Shown: positions 29,844 to 40,068 of the stretch, piece after piece | Layout: each line of letters begins with the position of its first letter | How positions within the stretch are numbered: position 1 is the stretch's first letter | Sequence record: NC_062581.1 | DNA: 64,000 bases | Direction: 5' to 3' (one strand) | Translations under genes and position numbers: made by a program | Notes under the pieces: model-generated | Database searches by the model: none | Seen by the model: the letters and a program-made list of their open reading frames with translations, nothing else | What the model was told of the DNA's origin: nothing

Positions 29844-30761
29844 ATGTCGGACAATAAGTTCGTACTCTTGGATACGCGACACCAAGTGAAAGAAATGCTT
29901 GATTACTTGACACATATCCAACAGCAGCAACCTTTGGTAGGGTTGGTTGTTCCTTCTAAAGGACAAGCACTTAACATGGTGCAAACCATTATCGCCGAGA
30001 TGATGGAAGGTATTAACAAGAACATTAAAAGCGGTACGGATTGGGATGTAGTTCGTGCTTCGATTTTGTATGGAATGGTTCCAGCACAAGTACTTCACAG
30101 ACAAGTAAAGTTTGTAGAACGTATCTTTGACCATCCGCTTATTCACACGATGTATGATGATCTTCGTCGTCAAGTAAGTGCTCACGAAAAATACACTTCC
30201 TATAATACTTGGGAAGTAATGAATACTGGTTCAATGATTGGCCTGTATGATGCTGGTGATCAACGTATCCTAAATTGGGAAATGTTGGAAGATGCACAAG
30301 AAGACAAGTATGTTACACTTGACTTGACTCGTGTGTATGAAGCAGTACTGGAACAGTTTGTTAAGAACTTCGGACCTTATCCAGAATCCCAAGTTGACAC
30401 CATGATCATCGAAACCGTGTTAGGTATGTTCCCACAACTGAAGCGTGTTGATAAACGTCAAGAAGTTGTAAACTACGACATGGCTGCAGCTTACGGTGTA
30501 CCTAACCTGGCTGACTGGATTGATCAATACATTCGTAGTGTCTTGACTACATTCAATGTCCCAGCCTTTGGGCAGTATATTGAACCGGGGGTTACATACG
30601 AATGCAATTACGTATTGCATCGACTGACCATCCGTGAGCATAAAGAAGAAACTGTCGAAGTTGATTCCGATGCTGATCTGGCTAAACAATTGTTGCGTGG
30701 TGATTATCTACCACGAGAAGAACGTGAACGTGCTGAACGTTACATCCGAGAAAATCAATAA
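29844..30761 (+). CDS. conserved hypothetical protein
   Basis: 305 aa, GGAG RBS. Confidence 0.8.
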   Translation: MSDNKFVLLDTRHQVKEMLDYLTHIQQQQPLVGLVVPSKGQALNMVQTIIAEMMEGINKNIKSGTDWDVVRASILYGMVPAQVLHRQVKFVERIFDHPLIHTMYDDLRRQVSAHEKYTSYNTWEVMNTGSMIGLYDAGDQRILNWEMLEDAQEDKYVTLDLTRVYEAVLEQFVKNFGPYPESQVDTMIIETVLGMFPQLKRVDKRQEVVNYDMAAAYGVPNLADWIDQYIRSVLTTFNVPAFGQYIEPGVTYECNYVLHRLTIREHKEETVEVDSDADLAKQLLRGDYLPREERERAERYIRENQ

Positions 30762-30795
30762 GGCCCCAATTGGGGCTTTATGCCCTGAGGTCCTT

Positions 30796-31293
30796 ATGCA
30801 GGAATATGTCGTACCTTTTACCAATGCCGTAGCCATGTTTCCATTTGGCGAATTCTTTGGTTATAACACACCGTATTACCTAGACATCATGATGGAGTTT
30901 GCTGAGAAGCGTGATCGATTGGCTGATCTAATTGGTAACGCTATCATTCAACGTAATGTATGCAACATGGTAGAGTTCCGGGAAATGATACACATGGGCT
31001 TAGGCTACATGGGTATTGATCCAGATGAAACGGTGTTCTACGAAAAGATGGTTCAGTTTGTAAGATTGATCTGTTTGAAGTGTTCACCCTACATTACTGG
31101 AAATGATTTAAAACTAGTTGAAGCATTTGAAGATGCCGATTGGGTTAATATCATTTACCGCGAAACATTGGAGCCACAGTTGTGCAATATACAACCATCT
31201 GTCGATTTGACAAACTCACTTGGTTCCCCGATTACGAAAGAACTCGTAAACTCTACTCCCGTGCTGTTGGCAAGTCCGATCACAACGAGATAG
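30796..31293 (+). CDS. hypothetical protein
   Basis: MQEYVVPF start after GAGG within ORF 30634-31293. Confidence 0.68.
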   Translation: MQEYVVPFTNAVAMFPFGEFFGYNTPYYLDIMMEFAEKRDRLADLIGNAIIQRNVCNMVEFREMIHMGLGYMGIDPDETVFYEKMVQFVRLICLKCSPYITGNDLKLVEAFEDADWVNIIYRETLEPQLCNIQPSVDLTNSLGSPITKELVNSTPVLLASPITTR

Positions 31294-31307
31294 GGCCAGG
31301 TGGGTTC

Positions 31308-31670
31308 ATGGATGACATCATTGAGTGGGTATTAGAAGCCAATACTCATTATCAACAAACCGGTGAAATATTAAAGCTTCATCACGTACCGCGTTTAACC
31401 AGCTATAATAAACTGGCTATGGAATATGAACGATTGTTTTTAACCATGGCTATTGCATTGTGGCAAAAGCTTCCAAACACGGTTAGTGAAGTATTTCCCG
31501 TTAACATGCATGGAAAACAAATGTATTTTCTAATTACATTTATTCCAGTAAAAAATGATGTTGCTCAACCGGAAGTAGTCGTTAATTTAACGATCGACCA
31601 GTTCTTAAGGCCCAGCAAGAAAATACGTGGCCGTAAACAGGATATGAATTCTATTGCAGGTACACCATGA
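31308..31670 (+). CDS. hypothetical protein
   Basis: MDDIIEW start within ORF 31182-31670. Confidence 0.65.
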   Translation: MDDIIEWVLEANTHYQQTGEILKLHHVPRLTSYNKLAMEYERLFLTMAIALWQKLPNTVSEVFPVNMHGKQMYFLITFIPVKNDVAQPEVVVNLTIDQFLRPSKKIRGRKQDMNSIAGTP

Positions 31671-32218
31671 ACAACTTTCAATACCCCATGGCGGGCAATG
31701 TTACTTTTACCCAGCCCAGTGTGCAAGATCACGATAACGTAGCTGTACGCGTGTCCTTTGACGCTGTGAAGATACCTATTAATAAAATCACCAGCATCCT
31801 GGAAGGTATCTCTAACAACACACCTTATCCAATGGAAGAACTGGCTATCAACACGATTCTGTATGAATGCTTGAATGAGTATTTGCAGTTTACGTTGCCT
31901 ACAATTCCAAATGGTGAAAATTGTTCTTTTGAGTACTACTTAGACACCCACTTTAAAGCCCTTGCTAACATTGTTAACCCTCCGGTACTGGAAGGGTATC
32001 CAATGCCAGATAAAAGAATGATGATGTTTATCAATTCACAATGGGCTATCGCTGTAGCTGAACTTGGTCGGCAATTGTTACCAGGTATTCGTGACCTCAA
32101 TTCACACAATCAAGAAGTGGACCAAATCCAAATGTTTCGTCTAGATGACCACAAAACAGGTATGTATGTATTGACTGGTATTTCTTACGATCAAGTTGAT
32201 GCGGAAGAGGGACTTTGA
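31667..32218 (+). CDS. hypothetical protein
   Basis: 183 aa, ATGA overlap. Confidence 0.75.
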   Translation: MNNFQYPMAGNVTFTQPSVQDHDNVAVRVSFDAVKIPINKITSILEGISNNTPYPMEELAINTILYECLNEYLQFTLPTIPNGENCSFEYYLDTHFKALANIVNPPVLEGYPMPDKRMMMFINSQWAIAVAELGRQLLPGIRDLNSHNQEVDQIQMFRLDDHKTGMYVLTGISYDQVDAEEGL

Positions 32219-32565
32219 TGTATAGCCTACATACATACGACGTTGGTATGTTTGGGCATATCTTCATTCCGGGTTATCCGCTTGAAGCGATTGGTATCAG
32301 TCACTGGCTTATATCACATGCCATTGCCAACATAATGGCTACGGCAGATGAGCAGACTTCGGCTAATCGCGAGATTGAGTTTGCCATGGATCATTATCTC
32401 AATAAATACTTTGAGACTTTTCCAGATGAGCTATTAGAGTACATCGAAAATCAAGCCTTCTTTTACTACGTGAAAGTTCATAACTATTTTTCCCAATTCA
32501 AACCAATAGAAGTTGTAGACACCCCAGACACTAAAGCGGGGGTAGCCATTATTCTTAAGGACTAA
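32215..32565 (+). CDS. hypothetical protein
   Basis: 116 aa, coupled to upstream stop. Confidence 0.7.
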   Translation: MMYSLHTYDVGMFGHIFIPGYPLEAIGISHWLISHAIANIMATADEQTSANREIEFAMDHYLNKYFETFPDELLEYIENQAFFYYVKVHNYFSQFKPIEVVDTPDTKAGVAIILKD

Positions 32566-32566
32566 C

Positions 32567-32947
32567 ATGAAACATCCCGAACCACAACTGACTTACTCTG
32601 TATTGGAATCCAATGCTGGAATGAAGTTTGCTGATCGCTTCCTCCAGGAATCCATGCATGACCCAGAAAAAGATACATGGGTTGAAGGTAACGTCCCTTT
32701 TCGCAGGGCACTGGTGAATAGGTTTCAAAAGCTAGTGATGGATATGTTCTGTGACGAACTATTCATGGAGACTATTTTAGAGTCCCCTGAAGAGGAACTA
32801 AGTCAGGATATGTTGGATACGTTTGCAATCTACCAAGAGTTTAATGCCAAGTTTCCGCAATATGATGTCATTGCAATCATTCCAATGAATTTAGCGGGTA
32901 CGGTTGGGTTTGTAATCCAGTCCAAACCTATGAGAAAACAATCATAG
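32567..32947 (+). CDS. hypothetical protein
   Basis: 126 aa, AAGGA RBS. Confidence 0.72.
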   Translation: MKHPEPQLTYSVLESNAGMKFADRFLQESMHDPEKDTWVEGNVPFRRALVNRFQKLVMDMFCDELFMETILESPEEELSQDMLDTFAIYQEFNAKFPQYDVIAIIPMNLAGTVGFVIQSKPMRKQS

Positions 32948-32957
32948 GACTTTTCCA

Positions 32958-33374
32958 ATGGCATTAATTACAGACATTGCTGAAGGTGCACGGGTAAGCT
33001 TTGAAGTTTACCCTGATGCTTACTTAGCAAACGAATTTAAAGATGTAACCAATGAAGGCGTTGTTACGCCAGCGGTAGCACGTAAACTAGGCTTTGATCT
33101 AGATGCTGCACACCAAAACGTTTATCCAGTATTGGTAGCTGCAGGTGTATCTGTACCAAACGATCCACGACAGTACAACTACGTCTATGTTACATTCAGT
33201 AACGGCGAGTCTACTTTTGTGGGGGTTCCTTGGATTCGCCCTGGGACAGTTATTTCTTCAGATGGCATGACACTAGGTTTGGTATTCCAAAACCGTGATG
33301 ATCGCCGTCGGCGTCGTATCTTAGAAGCATTGTCTTCTATCAACGAAACACCAGATGCCCAGACTTGGGAATAA
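32958..33374 (+). CDS. conserved phiKZ-like hypothetical protein (gp49-like)
   Basis: 138 aa, SFEVYP...GVPWI; position upstream of polymerase. Confidence 0.68.
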   Translation: MALITDIAEGARVSFEVYPDAYLANEFKDVTNEGVVTPAVARKLGFDLDAAHQNVYPVLVAAGVSVPNDPRQYNYVYVTFSNGESTFVGVPWIRPGTVISSDGMTLGLVFQNRDDRRRRRILEALSSINETPDAQTWE

Positions 33375-33376
33375 TG

Positions 33377-33396
33377 AGCCAGCCTTCGGGCTGGCT
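33377..33396 (+). terminator. hairpin terminator
   Basis: AGCCAGCC-TTCG-GGCTGGCT then TTATGTCG. Confidence 0.88.
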
Positions 33397-33415
33397 TTAT
33401 GTCGGAGTAAATTAG

Positions 33416-33565
33416 ATGGTTTTATTTCCACCCGCTTTCATGATGCCCTACCGTCCTAAATCTAAAGCTCAAATTGCCTTAGAAGAAAAACAGGCTATGG
33501 CTGCTACTATCATGGCAAAGCTAGCTACCTTTCAACCAAAAAAGAAAAGGCGTAAAAAGAAATGA
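33416..33565 (+). CDS. 49-aa polybasic peptide (not in ORF track)
   Basis: GGAG 8 nt upstream; MVLFPPAFMMPYRPKSK...QPKKKRRKKK*; stop overlaps next ATG. Confidence 0.62.
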   Translation: MVLFPPAFMMPYRPKSKAQIALEEKQAMAATIMAKLATFQPKKKRRKKK

Positions 33566-33906
33566 AACAAGCTCAGTCAGTTGTACTTAAATACACCGAG
33601 ATTGGTTTCTCTTGGGAAGAGTTTGCTTCTTTCTTAGATAACATAAACACACCACTTAAAGCAACCGACAAACTTGATTTGACTTGGAAGGTTGATGACA
33701 AGGGTAATCGTGAAGTGGTGTTTTATGTCGAACGGGAAAAAGTAACAGTGGCAGTTATTCCTCACCGCAGTGAAGATATAAATCAATTTTGGCAAGAGCT
33801 TCAAGATGCACCTATCGTTCGAGCTATTCGGGATACTAAGCGTGTTTTAGCTTTGGGGTTGACCGAAGTTTATAAACGTCAAATAACCGACCTTTGGGAA
33901 CGATGA
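33562..33906 (+). CDS. hypothetical protein
   Basis: 114 aa, ATGA overlap. Confidence 0.7.
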   Translation: MKQAQSVVLKYTEIGFSWEEFASFLDNINTPLKATDKLDLTWKVDDKGNREVVFYVEREKVTVAVIPHRSEDINQFWQELQDAPIVRAIRDTKRVLALGLTEVYKRQITDLWER

Positions 33907-34021
33907 AGTAATACTTGACACCACAACACTCTGTGAATGTTTGTTGATGTGATACTCTTGAAGTGCTACTTCGGTGGCACTATTTTTTCCTGGGATTCCG
34001 TCAACGCCTACAGAGGTGTAT

Positions 34022-36169
34022 ATGGCGCTCCCTGAATTACCCAATCCTTTTATGTTGCCTACCAGTGCTTACAAACGTGACCTGGACATCATTGAAGGAA
34101 CTATTGCTGACAACGCAAGGTACTTGCAACTCATGACCCTGGCTCCGTACGAACAGTGCGCAGTATGGGTTCGGGAACAATTCCGTACCACCGGTAAGTT
34201 TCCATTAGTCGACCCTAAAACGTACGTTCTGGATAAGAACATGAACGGGGATCGGTCTAAGAAAGTTACAACGTTTATGGGTTTCATTAAACGGGTTGAA
34301 AAACAAAACCTGTTGCTGTCCCCATCATTGACAGCGTATCTCCCAGAATCGGTTCGTCAATCAACTCACGCCATCTATATTAAAGAAGGTGTAGCGAATC
34401 GTAAGATGGTAAAAGGGCAGCAAATGGCTGCTGAACAAGAAGGTGACTTTGAACTTGCACAAGTCCGTAAGGGTGAGCAAGAGAACTTCAAAATTAACAA
34501 TAACTCCTATTCAGGAGCTACGGTTAGTGCCGCCACCATTCTGTATTACAAGTCTACACACTCATCGTTGACTTCGACTTGCCGTGTTGCAACTTCGTAC
34601 GCAAACGCAAACAACGAAAAATTCTTGATGGGTAACCGCCATTATTACAACCCTGAAATCGCAAAAGCGAATTTAGTGTCCATCATTAATAATACCGACT
34701 ACGAAAAACTGCAGTTGGCTATTGATAAGTATGGACTGGTTTATCCAAGTGCTGAAGACGTAGTGGCGATGACTCTTTACTCAACTAAGCATTATTGGCA
34801 GAACCGTATTTACACGCAACACATTCGTCAAATGGCAATGGGTATGACACCTATCCAACGTGCAGCTGTTATGTACGTGGGTGACTTGTACCACTTGAAC
34901 AAACTGAACCCAGTTTCGACTCGTCGATTCTTGGAGTCTATTGCTCAAGTAGGTGATAATACCAACACCATGACTAAAGCCGAATACGATAGCATCAAAG
35001 ACGGTGACCTTAAACTGTTGGTTAAGTTTCTGTGCTTTGAACAAGTACGTGGCCGCTCTGATGAACGTTTGGCTAAAGAGAACCCAGAAGTATTTGATCT
35101 GTTGCATTCCACCTGTAAAGTGGTTGTAGACGGTTTGGATTATCATCGCGATCTTATCAATGCCTTGTTCCTCACCAAAAACATTCCACACTCAATCCAT
35201 GCGTTTAAAGATTCGTATCGTCGAGCAGCAGTAATCTCTGATACCGACTCTACCATGTTTACGATGCAATACTGGGTTGAAGAATATCATGGTCGCGTAT
35301 GCTTCACACCTGAAGCTAAACGTTTGGTATTTGGTCTAGTATTCTTGGTATCAGAAGTTGTAATGCACATCCTGGCAATCCAATCTGCCAACATGGGTGT
35401 AGGTGAAGATAAGCTTCGTTTGCTGGCAATGAAAAACGAATACTACTTTGCGGTGTTGTCATTGACAACTCGATCAAAGCACTACTTTGCATCTCAAGAT
35501 GCGGTAGAAGGTATCATGTTTGAAATTGCACGTATGGAAGTTAAAGGGGTAGGTCTCCGAGATTCTAAGGTTCAGCCTAAAGTTAACAAGGCTGGTAAGA
35601 AACTCATGTCACACATCATCGATAGTGTGAAAAGTGAAACACCAATCGATTTGCCTGCAATCTTGAAAGACATTGCTGATATGGAGCGTGAAATTTATAT
35701 CTCCATCCGTACAGGTAAAGCGGATTACTTGACTACTGGTCAATGTAAGAAGTCTGATGCTTATAAGTCAGAAGAAGATAACGACACGTACAAGAAGTAT
35801 TTGTTCTGGCGCGACATTTTTGCTCCGACTTATGGTGAGATTCCTGCACCACCTTATTCGTTCTACAAGATTTCTTTGACGGCACATAACCGTACGAAAA
35901 TGAACGAGTGGTTTGACAGCATTGAAGATAAACGTTTGGCTATGCGTTTGAAAGAATGGGCACTGCTTAACAAGAAAACTGGCTTGACTTCAATTAATGT
36001 TCCTGCATCGGTAGTAGAAAACATAGGTGTACCAGAAGCAATCACCCGTGTAGCTGATGTACGTACAATCATTTCTAACACCATGGGGGTGTTCTATTTG
36101 ATCATGGAATCCCTAGGGATCTTCTTGATTGATGCAAACAACTCTAGGTTGATTTCGGACTTCTATTGA
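34022..36169 (+). CDS. family B DNA polymerase, polymerase subunit (phiKZ gp50-like)
   Basis: KINNNSYSG (motif B) and ISDTDSTMF (motif C); GAGGT RBS before MALPELP; no recognisable exonuclease domain. Confidence 0.92.
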   Translation: MALPELPNPFMLPTSAYKRDLDIIEGTIADNARYLQLMTLAPYEQCAVWVREQFRTTGKFPLVDPKTYVLDKNMNGDRSKKVTTFMGFIKRVEKQNLLLSPSLTAYLPESVRQSTHAIYIKEGVANRKMVKGQQMAAEQEGDFELAQVRKGEQENFKINNNSYSGATVSAATILYYKSTHSSLTSTCRVATSYANANNEKFLMGNRHYYNPEIAKANLVSIINNTDYEKLQLAIDKYGLVYPSAEDVVAMTLYSTKHYWQNRIYTQHIRQMAMGMTPIQRAAVMYVGDLYHLNKLNPVSTRRFLESIAQVGDNTNTMTKAEYDSIKDGDLKLLVKFLCFEQVRGRSDERLAKENPEVFDLLHSTCKVVVDGLDYHRDLINALFLTKNIPHSIHAFKDSYRRAAVISDTDSTMFTMQYWVEEYHGRVCFTPEAKRLVFGLVFLVSEVVMHILAIQSANMGVGEDKLRLLAMKNEYYFAVLSLTTRSKHYFASQDAVEGIMFEIARMEVKGVGLRDSKVQPKVNKAGKKLMSHIIDSVKSETPIDLPAILKDIADMEREIYISIRTGKADYLTTGQCKKSDAYKSEEDNDTYKKYLFWRDIFAPTYGEIPAPPYSFYKISLTAHNRTKMNEWFDSIEDKRLAMRLKEWALLNKKTGLTSINVPASVVENIGVPEAITRVADVRTIISNTMGVFYLIMESLGIFLIDANNSRLISDFY

Positions 36170-36969
36170 TGGACTTTGAAACCCTGCATCCACTTCCCGA
36201 AGAAATTCGGGAACGTGTTGTTAAAGAACTTCGCCGTATCGAAACTGATCATAATGTGACAGTTTTGTACGCTTGTGAATCAGGTAGTCGTGCGTGGGGT
36301 TTTGCTTCTACTAATAGCGATTACGATGTACGCTTTGTTTATGTGCCAAAGATTGACTGGCACTTGGACATTGACAAACAACGTAACGTGATTGACTCCC
36401 AGATCCCTGAATTTGATCTGGATTGTTCTGGCTGGTCCTTGGGTAAAACCTTGGGACTGCTACGCAAGTCAAACCCTGCACTATTGGAATGGCTTGGTTC
36501 ACCACTGGTGTACATGGTTAAACCTGAACGTGACGAATTGAAAGAGTTTGCTCTTCGTCAATTCAATCCCGATGCTGGATTTAACCATTATCTGAATTTG
36601 GCTGGCGGTACTTGGAAACGTTTTATTGCAGATCACGATGAAGTTATTTACAAGAAATACTTCTATGCACTTCGACCACTGTTTGCAATTGAGTGGGTGT
36701 TGAAATATGGAACAATGCCACCAACAGAATACGAAAAACTTGTAGCTGACTATTCCCCAGGTCCAACTCTTCAAGCCGCTTTAGATAAGTTGCTGGTATT
36801 AAAAAGAGCGGGTGATGAAACTCGTGCAGGTCCACGCATTTTTGAACTGGATGAATTCATTTGGAGTAAGTTAGAAGATTTCCGTAAACTACAAGTTCCG
36901 GCTTTGGAAAAACCAGATGACGAATACCTGAAAGAATTCTTTCGTCGTACTGTGCGCAAATACGATTAA
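36169..36969 (+). CDS. Pol-beta superfamily nucleotidyltransferase (RlaP/PF10127-like)
   Basis: ESGSRAWGFASTNSDYDVRF, NPALLEWLGSP, KKYFYALRP; TGATG overlap with polymerase. Confidence 0.87.
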   Translation: MDFETLHPLPEEIRERVVKELRRIETDHNVTVLYACESGSRAWGFASTNSDYDVRFVYVPKIDWHLDIDKQRNVIDSQIPEFDLDCSGWSLGKTLGLLRKSNPALLEWLGSPLVYMVKPERDELKEFALRQFNPDAGFNHYLNLAGGTWKRFIADHDEVIYKKYFYALRPLFAIEWVLKYGTMPPTEYEKLVADYSPGPTLQAALDKLLVLKRAGDETRAGPRIFELDEFIWSKLEDFRKLQVPALEKPDDEYLKEFFRRTVRKYD

Positions 36970-36973
36970 TCTA

Positions 36974-36997
36974 AAGGCTCTCCGAAAGGGGAGCCTT
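36974..36997 (+). terminator. hairpin terminator
   Basis: AAGGCTCTCC-GAAA-GGGGAGCCTT. Confidence 0.8.
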
Positions 36998-37011
36998 ATG
37001 AGGTAAATGAA

Positions 37012-37302
37012 ATGCAACTGTGGTTAGTTGAACGAACAGATAACGTTACCCATGATCAAGTACAAGCATACGTATGTTCTGCTCTAAATGCAGACGATGC
37101 ATTGTTAATGAATGACCACCCAGGTGATTGGGAAAAAGCATATTGGAATGGTTGGTATGTACCGGATACCGAGTGGGTAAAAATAAAAGAAAAATACGCT
37201 GGTAATGTACTTAAACGGCGAGAATGGAAAGTTACGGCTATTGGCTATGCCCATGACACAACTGAAGCTAAACTCATTTGTATTGATTTTCTGGAGCCTT
37301 AG
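37012..37302 (+). CDS. hypothetical protein
   Basis: 96 aa, GAGGT RBS. Confidence 0.72.
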   Translation: MQLWLVERTDNVTHDQVQAYVCSALNADDALLMNDHPGDWEKAYWNGWYVPDTEWVKIKEKYAGNVLKRREWKVTAIGYAHDTTEAKLICIDFLEP

Positions 37303-37304
37303 TA

Positions 37305-37679
37305 ATGCGTTACGATGTTGTGTTAAAAACAGGCGAAATGTGCAAGTGGCGTTGCATGATGGACCAAAATTCTTTGGACCCGGATGATTGCATTACGTCA
37401 GCTAAGTGGTATGATGCAGAAGTAGTTACTGCTTTTGACCAAGCATTAGCATTAAAAATTGTTAATGAAAAAGGAGCTAGTAAACTGGTTCCGCATTATA
37501 GTTGCGGACAATGGGAAGGTTGTTCTGAGATTGGTATTATCAATCCACAACAAGCTACTGAACGCATGCGTGCTTATGTTCTGGAAAAAGTAAAACTCCA
37601 AAGAGAAGAACATAAAGCAAAATTAGAGAAACTCTATACGGAATTAGAGGCAATTAATATTCAAGGTTTTACTGAATAA
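37305..37679 (+). CDS. hypothetical protein
   Basis: 124 aa, GGAG RBS. Confidence 0.72.
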   Translation: MRYDVVLKTGEMCKWRCMMDQNSLDPDDCITSAKWYDAEVVTAFDQALALKIVNEKGASKLVPHYSCGQWEGCSEIGIINPQQATERMRAYVLEKVKLQREEHKAKLEKLYTELEAINIQGFTE

Positions 37680-37717
37680 TAATACCCTTCAACCCCATTT
37701 AATGTAAGAGGTTTGTT

Positions 37718-38686
37718 ATGCTTAATCCAGACGACTACGAACCCACCGAAGCGGAAGAGTGGCGTGCTGCGGAAGCACACCTCGACAAAATTTATAAAGA
37801 AGAACAAGCAAAATTGCTTAGCTCTTTTGCAATCAATCAAACCCTCAAGGAAAACAAGATGCAACTCGAAACTACTAAAATTGCTGCCCAATCAATTCTG
37901 ATGTCTGATGCAGTAGTTACCCAAGATGCTCGTTCAATTGTTCCTTACGACACCACTGGTGAACAGGAAAAAGTTAGCGCTATGGTTGGTGCTTCAGAAG
38001 AACGTTTCATTACTCCTGAACAAGTAGCTGCATTTAAATCGGCTAAAGCTGCACTGGGTGGTGATGAAGTTGTTGTGGATTCTTTGTCTGAAGCAGTTGC
38101 CGCAACTGCTACCGCTTCGACCATTAAACCACCAACTAAGAAACAATTGAAGCAGATGAAACACCAGAAGAAAAGTCTGCAAGGTTACATGCGAAAAGCA
38201 CAGCGTCAAGCGCAAACGCAACACATCATGAACAAGTTGTACGCGCACTCGATCCGTACTCCACAACAAGCTCGTCAGATCCATGCGGCTCAGAAAGCAA
38301 AGCAAGAACTTATTGATCTGTTGGGTGTTCGTCAAGCTGATGCTTTCTTTGCAGCCAAGCCTGGTACCAAATGCCATGACTTCTTCCCTAAAGCTACAAT
38401 CGAAGCAAACCCTACTTTGATGACTGACCTCCAAGGTCAATCCCGTACGCTAGAACAAGTCTACGAATACTTCATCTACAAGCACTACATGATCCTGACT
38501 AAAGAAGCCGGTGAAATCCAAGACCTGGATCTGAACACTTCTGAAGACTGGGCCAATACCAAAGTTGCAGATTACGTTCCTTTTGAAGGCGCTGATGTAG
38601 AAGCTAAACCAGAAGAAACAGAAGCTAAATTTGATCAACAAGCTCAAGGTGATGTCGTTGAAGAAGTCGCAGCCAAAGCCGCGTAA
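37718..38686 (+). CDS. hypothetical protein (helical, Ala/Gln/Lys-rich)
   Basis: 322 aa, GAGG RBS, biased codons. Confidence 0.78.
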   Translation: MLNPDDYEPTEAEEWRAAEAHLDKIYKEEQAKLLSSFAINQTLKENKMQLETTKIAAQSILMSDAVVTQDARSIVPYDTTGEQEKVSAMVGASEERFITPEQVAAFKSAKAALGGDEVVVDSLSEAVAATATASTIKPPTKKQLKQMKHQKKSLQGYMRKAQRQAQTQHIMNKLYAHSIRTPQQARQIHAAQKAKQELIDLLGVRQADAFFAAKPGTKCHDFFPKATIEANPTLMTDLQGQSRTLEQVYEYFIYKHYMILTKEAGEIQDLDLNTSEDWANTKVADYVPFEGADVEAKPEETEAKFDQQAQGDVVEEVAAKAA

Positions 38687-38906
38687 ACAGAAAAAGAAAC
38701 GTACTAAACCTACGGGTTATCAAGATCACTCGATTCGCCCTGGAAGTGGGGGTATTGTAGCGGATAAGGTTTGGAGCGGTATTAAACGAGCTCAACCACA
38801 TCACCGTGAACGCACTATCAGTGAAATTTGGGATCGCGCTACACGTACGTCGTTCTATACTCCATACTACACACCTGCTGAAGTAATGGCTGGTAAAAAC
38901 GATTAA
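38652..38906 (+). CDS. small basic hypothetical protein
   Basis: MSLKKSQPKPRKQKKKR...; fills the gap up to the terminator but overlaps the upstream gene by 35 nt. Confidence 0.45.
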   Translation: MSLKKSQPKPRKQKKKRTKPTGYQDHSIRPGSGGIVADKVWSGIKRAQPHHRERTISEIWDRATRTSFYTPYYTPAEVMAGKND

Positions 38907-38915
38907 CAACATAAA

Positions 38916-38933
38916 GCTCCCCTTTCGGGGAGC
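38916..38933. terminator. bidirectional terminator
   Basis: GCTCCCC-TTTC-GGGGAGC between convergent genes. Confidence 0.85.
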
Positions 38934-38935
38934 GC

Positions 38936-40027
38936 TTATGCCAGTTCACGTATTAGTTCTTCTACATCTTTAATCAATCGTTGCATCATAGGCGAACTAC
39001 CGTTCATCTTAAATGCTTGTGAATGAATAGACTCTCTGAGTTCATGTAGAATTTCGTTAGTTTCTGTTTTGTCGTAACTAGGTGCTTGTTTTAAGCTGTC
39101 AATCAGATACTTAATGAATGGTACTCGAGCCAAGGCCAATGCCCATTCATTTTGTAGTGTCACAGGTCCCTTGGGGAGTTGTAAGACGTTGTATAGTGAA
39201 TCCGATAGCAGCATAGGTGTCATCTGTGCAAGCTCTGACACCATCCCCGTACGCATCATGCGTTGACTTAATGTATTCTTAGCCATGGCATCTGTAACAG
39301 GTGTTAGATCAGGAATATAAAAAGGATGGGGTAATGGATATTTGGTGTTAGGTAGCTTATAAGCCATTCGTGAAAGACGATTGAAGTAAGCAATCTCCAG
39401 ATACGACTCTAAGCAATTTACCAGTGCATAGGAACCAATAAATTTGTAAAGGTTAATAGCTTCTGGCTCCACGGCTCCAAAGTTTGAATATACCCAGTGT
39501 CTATACTGAACCATCAACATGGGAATGTTAATAGACAACACACCGTAGCCTTTCCCTGGAGTGCGGTTATTCATAATGGGTAGATTGATATCACTCCGTG
39601 AGTGATAGAGGTAACGTAAAGGTTTCAAGTCTTTCCAACTAGCCTTTAAGTTATCCATAGGGAAACGTTCAATAGACGAAATAACAACTTCTTCACACTG
39701 TGGTCCTAAAGTGGCTCCTTTGTCAAAGATCTTTCCTCTATTAATAGCATCGCATAAACCAAGTGTGCGTATTAAGCCTCTTGCCTGGTCTTCCACTTTC
39801 TTTGCCCATGAGGCATCGTCACTGCGAAACTCTAAAACAAAATGATTGATGATCATTACCAGTAGATTAGTGCTGTCCACTATCTTAGGGAATCGCCGAT
39901 AGTAGTTTGTTACGTCTTGTATCTGTTGGCGCGCTTGGCGTTGGATATAAGGACGTTTGGGATCATACGTGACCCCCTTGCTACCAATAGGGGCTTCTCG
40001 AAATAGTGCGTACATTATTAGTTCCAT
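38936..40027 (-). CDS. conserved phiKZ-like protein (gp52-like)
   Basis: ORF 38936-40147; start trimmed to MELIMY to avoid the divergent promoter; synteny. Confidence 0.65.
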   Translation of the reverse strand: MELIMYALFREAPIGSKGVTYDPKRPYIQRQARQQIQDVTNYYRRFPKIVDSTNLLVMIINHFVLEFRSDDASWAKKVEDQARGLIRTLGLCDAINRGKIFDKGATLGPQCEEVVISSIERFPMDNLKASWKDLKPLRYLYHSRSDINLPIMNNRTPGKGYGVLSINIPMLMVQYRHWVYSNFGAVEPEAINLYKFIGSYALVNCLESYLEIAYFNRLSRMAYKLPNTKYPLPHPFYIPDLTPVTDAMAKNTLSQRMMRTGMVSELAQMTPMLLSDSLYNVLQLPKGPVTLQNEWALALARVPFIKYLIDSLKQAPSYDKTETNEILHELRESIHSQAFKMNGSSPMMQRLIKDVEELIRELA

Positions 40028-40036
40028 TGGAAAATA

Positions 40037-40068
40037 TTTGAAATCTATATCATTAAAGTAGATATTAC
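40037..40068 (+). promoter_or_regulatory. promoter region of the gene preceding chmA
   Basis: TTTGAAATCTATATCATT (also at 58190) followed by GATATTAC. Confidence 0.55.

Noticed and set aside
33915-33945. TTGACA upstream of the DNA polymerase
   Set aside because: No -10 hexamer at 16-18 nt spacing.
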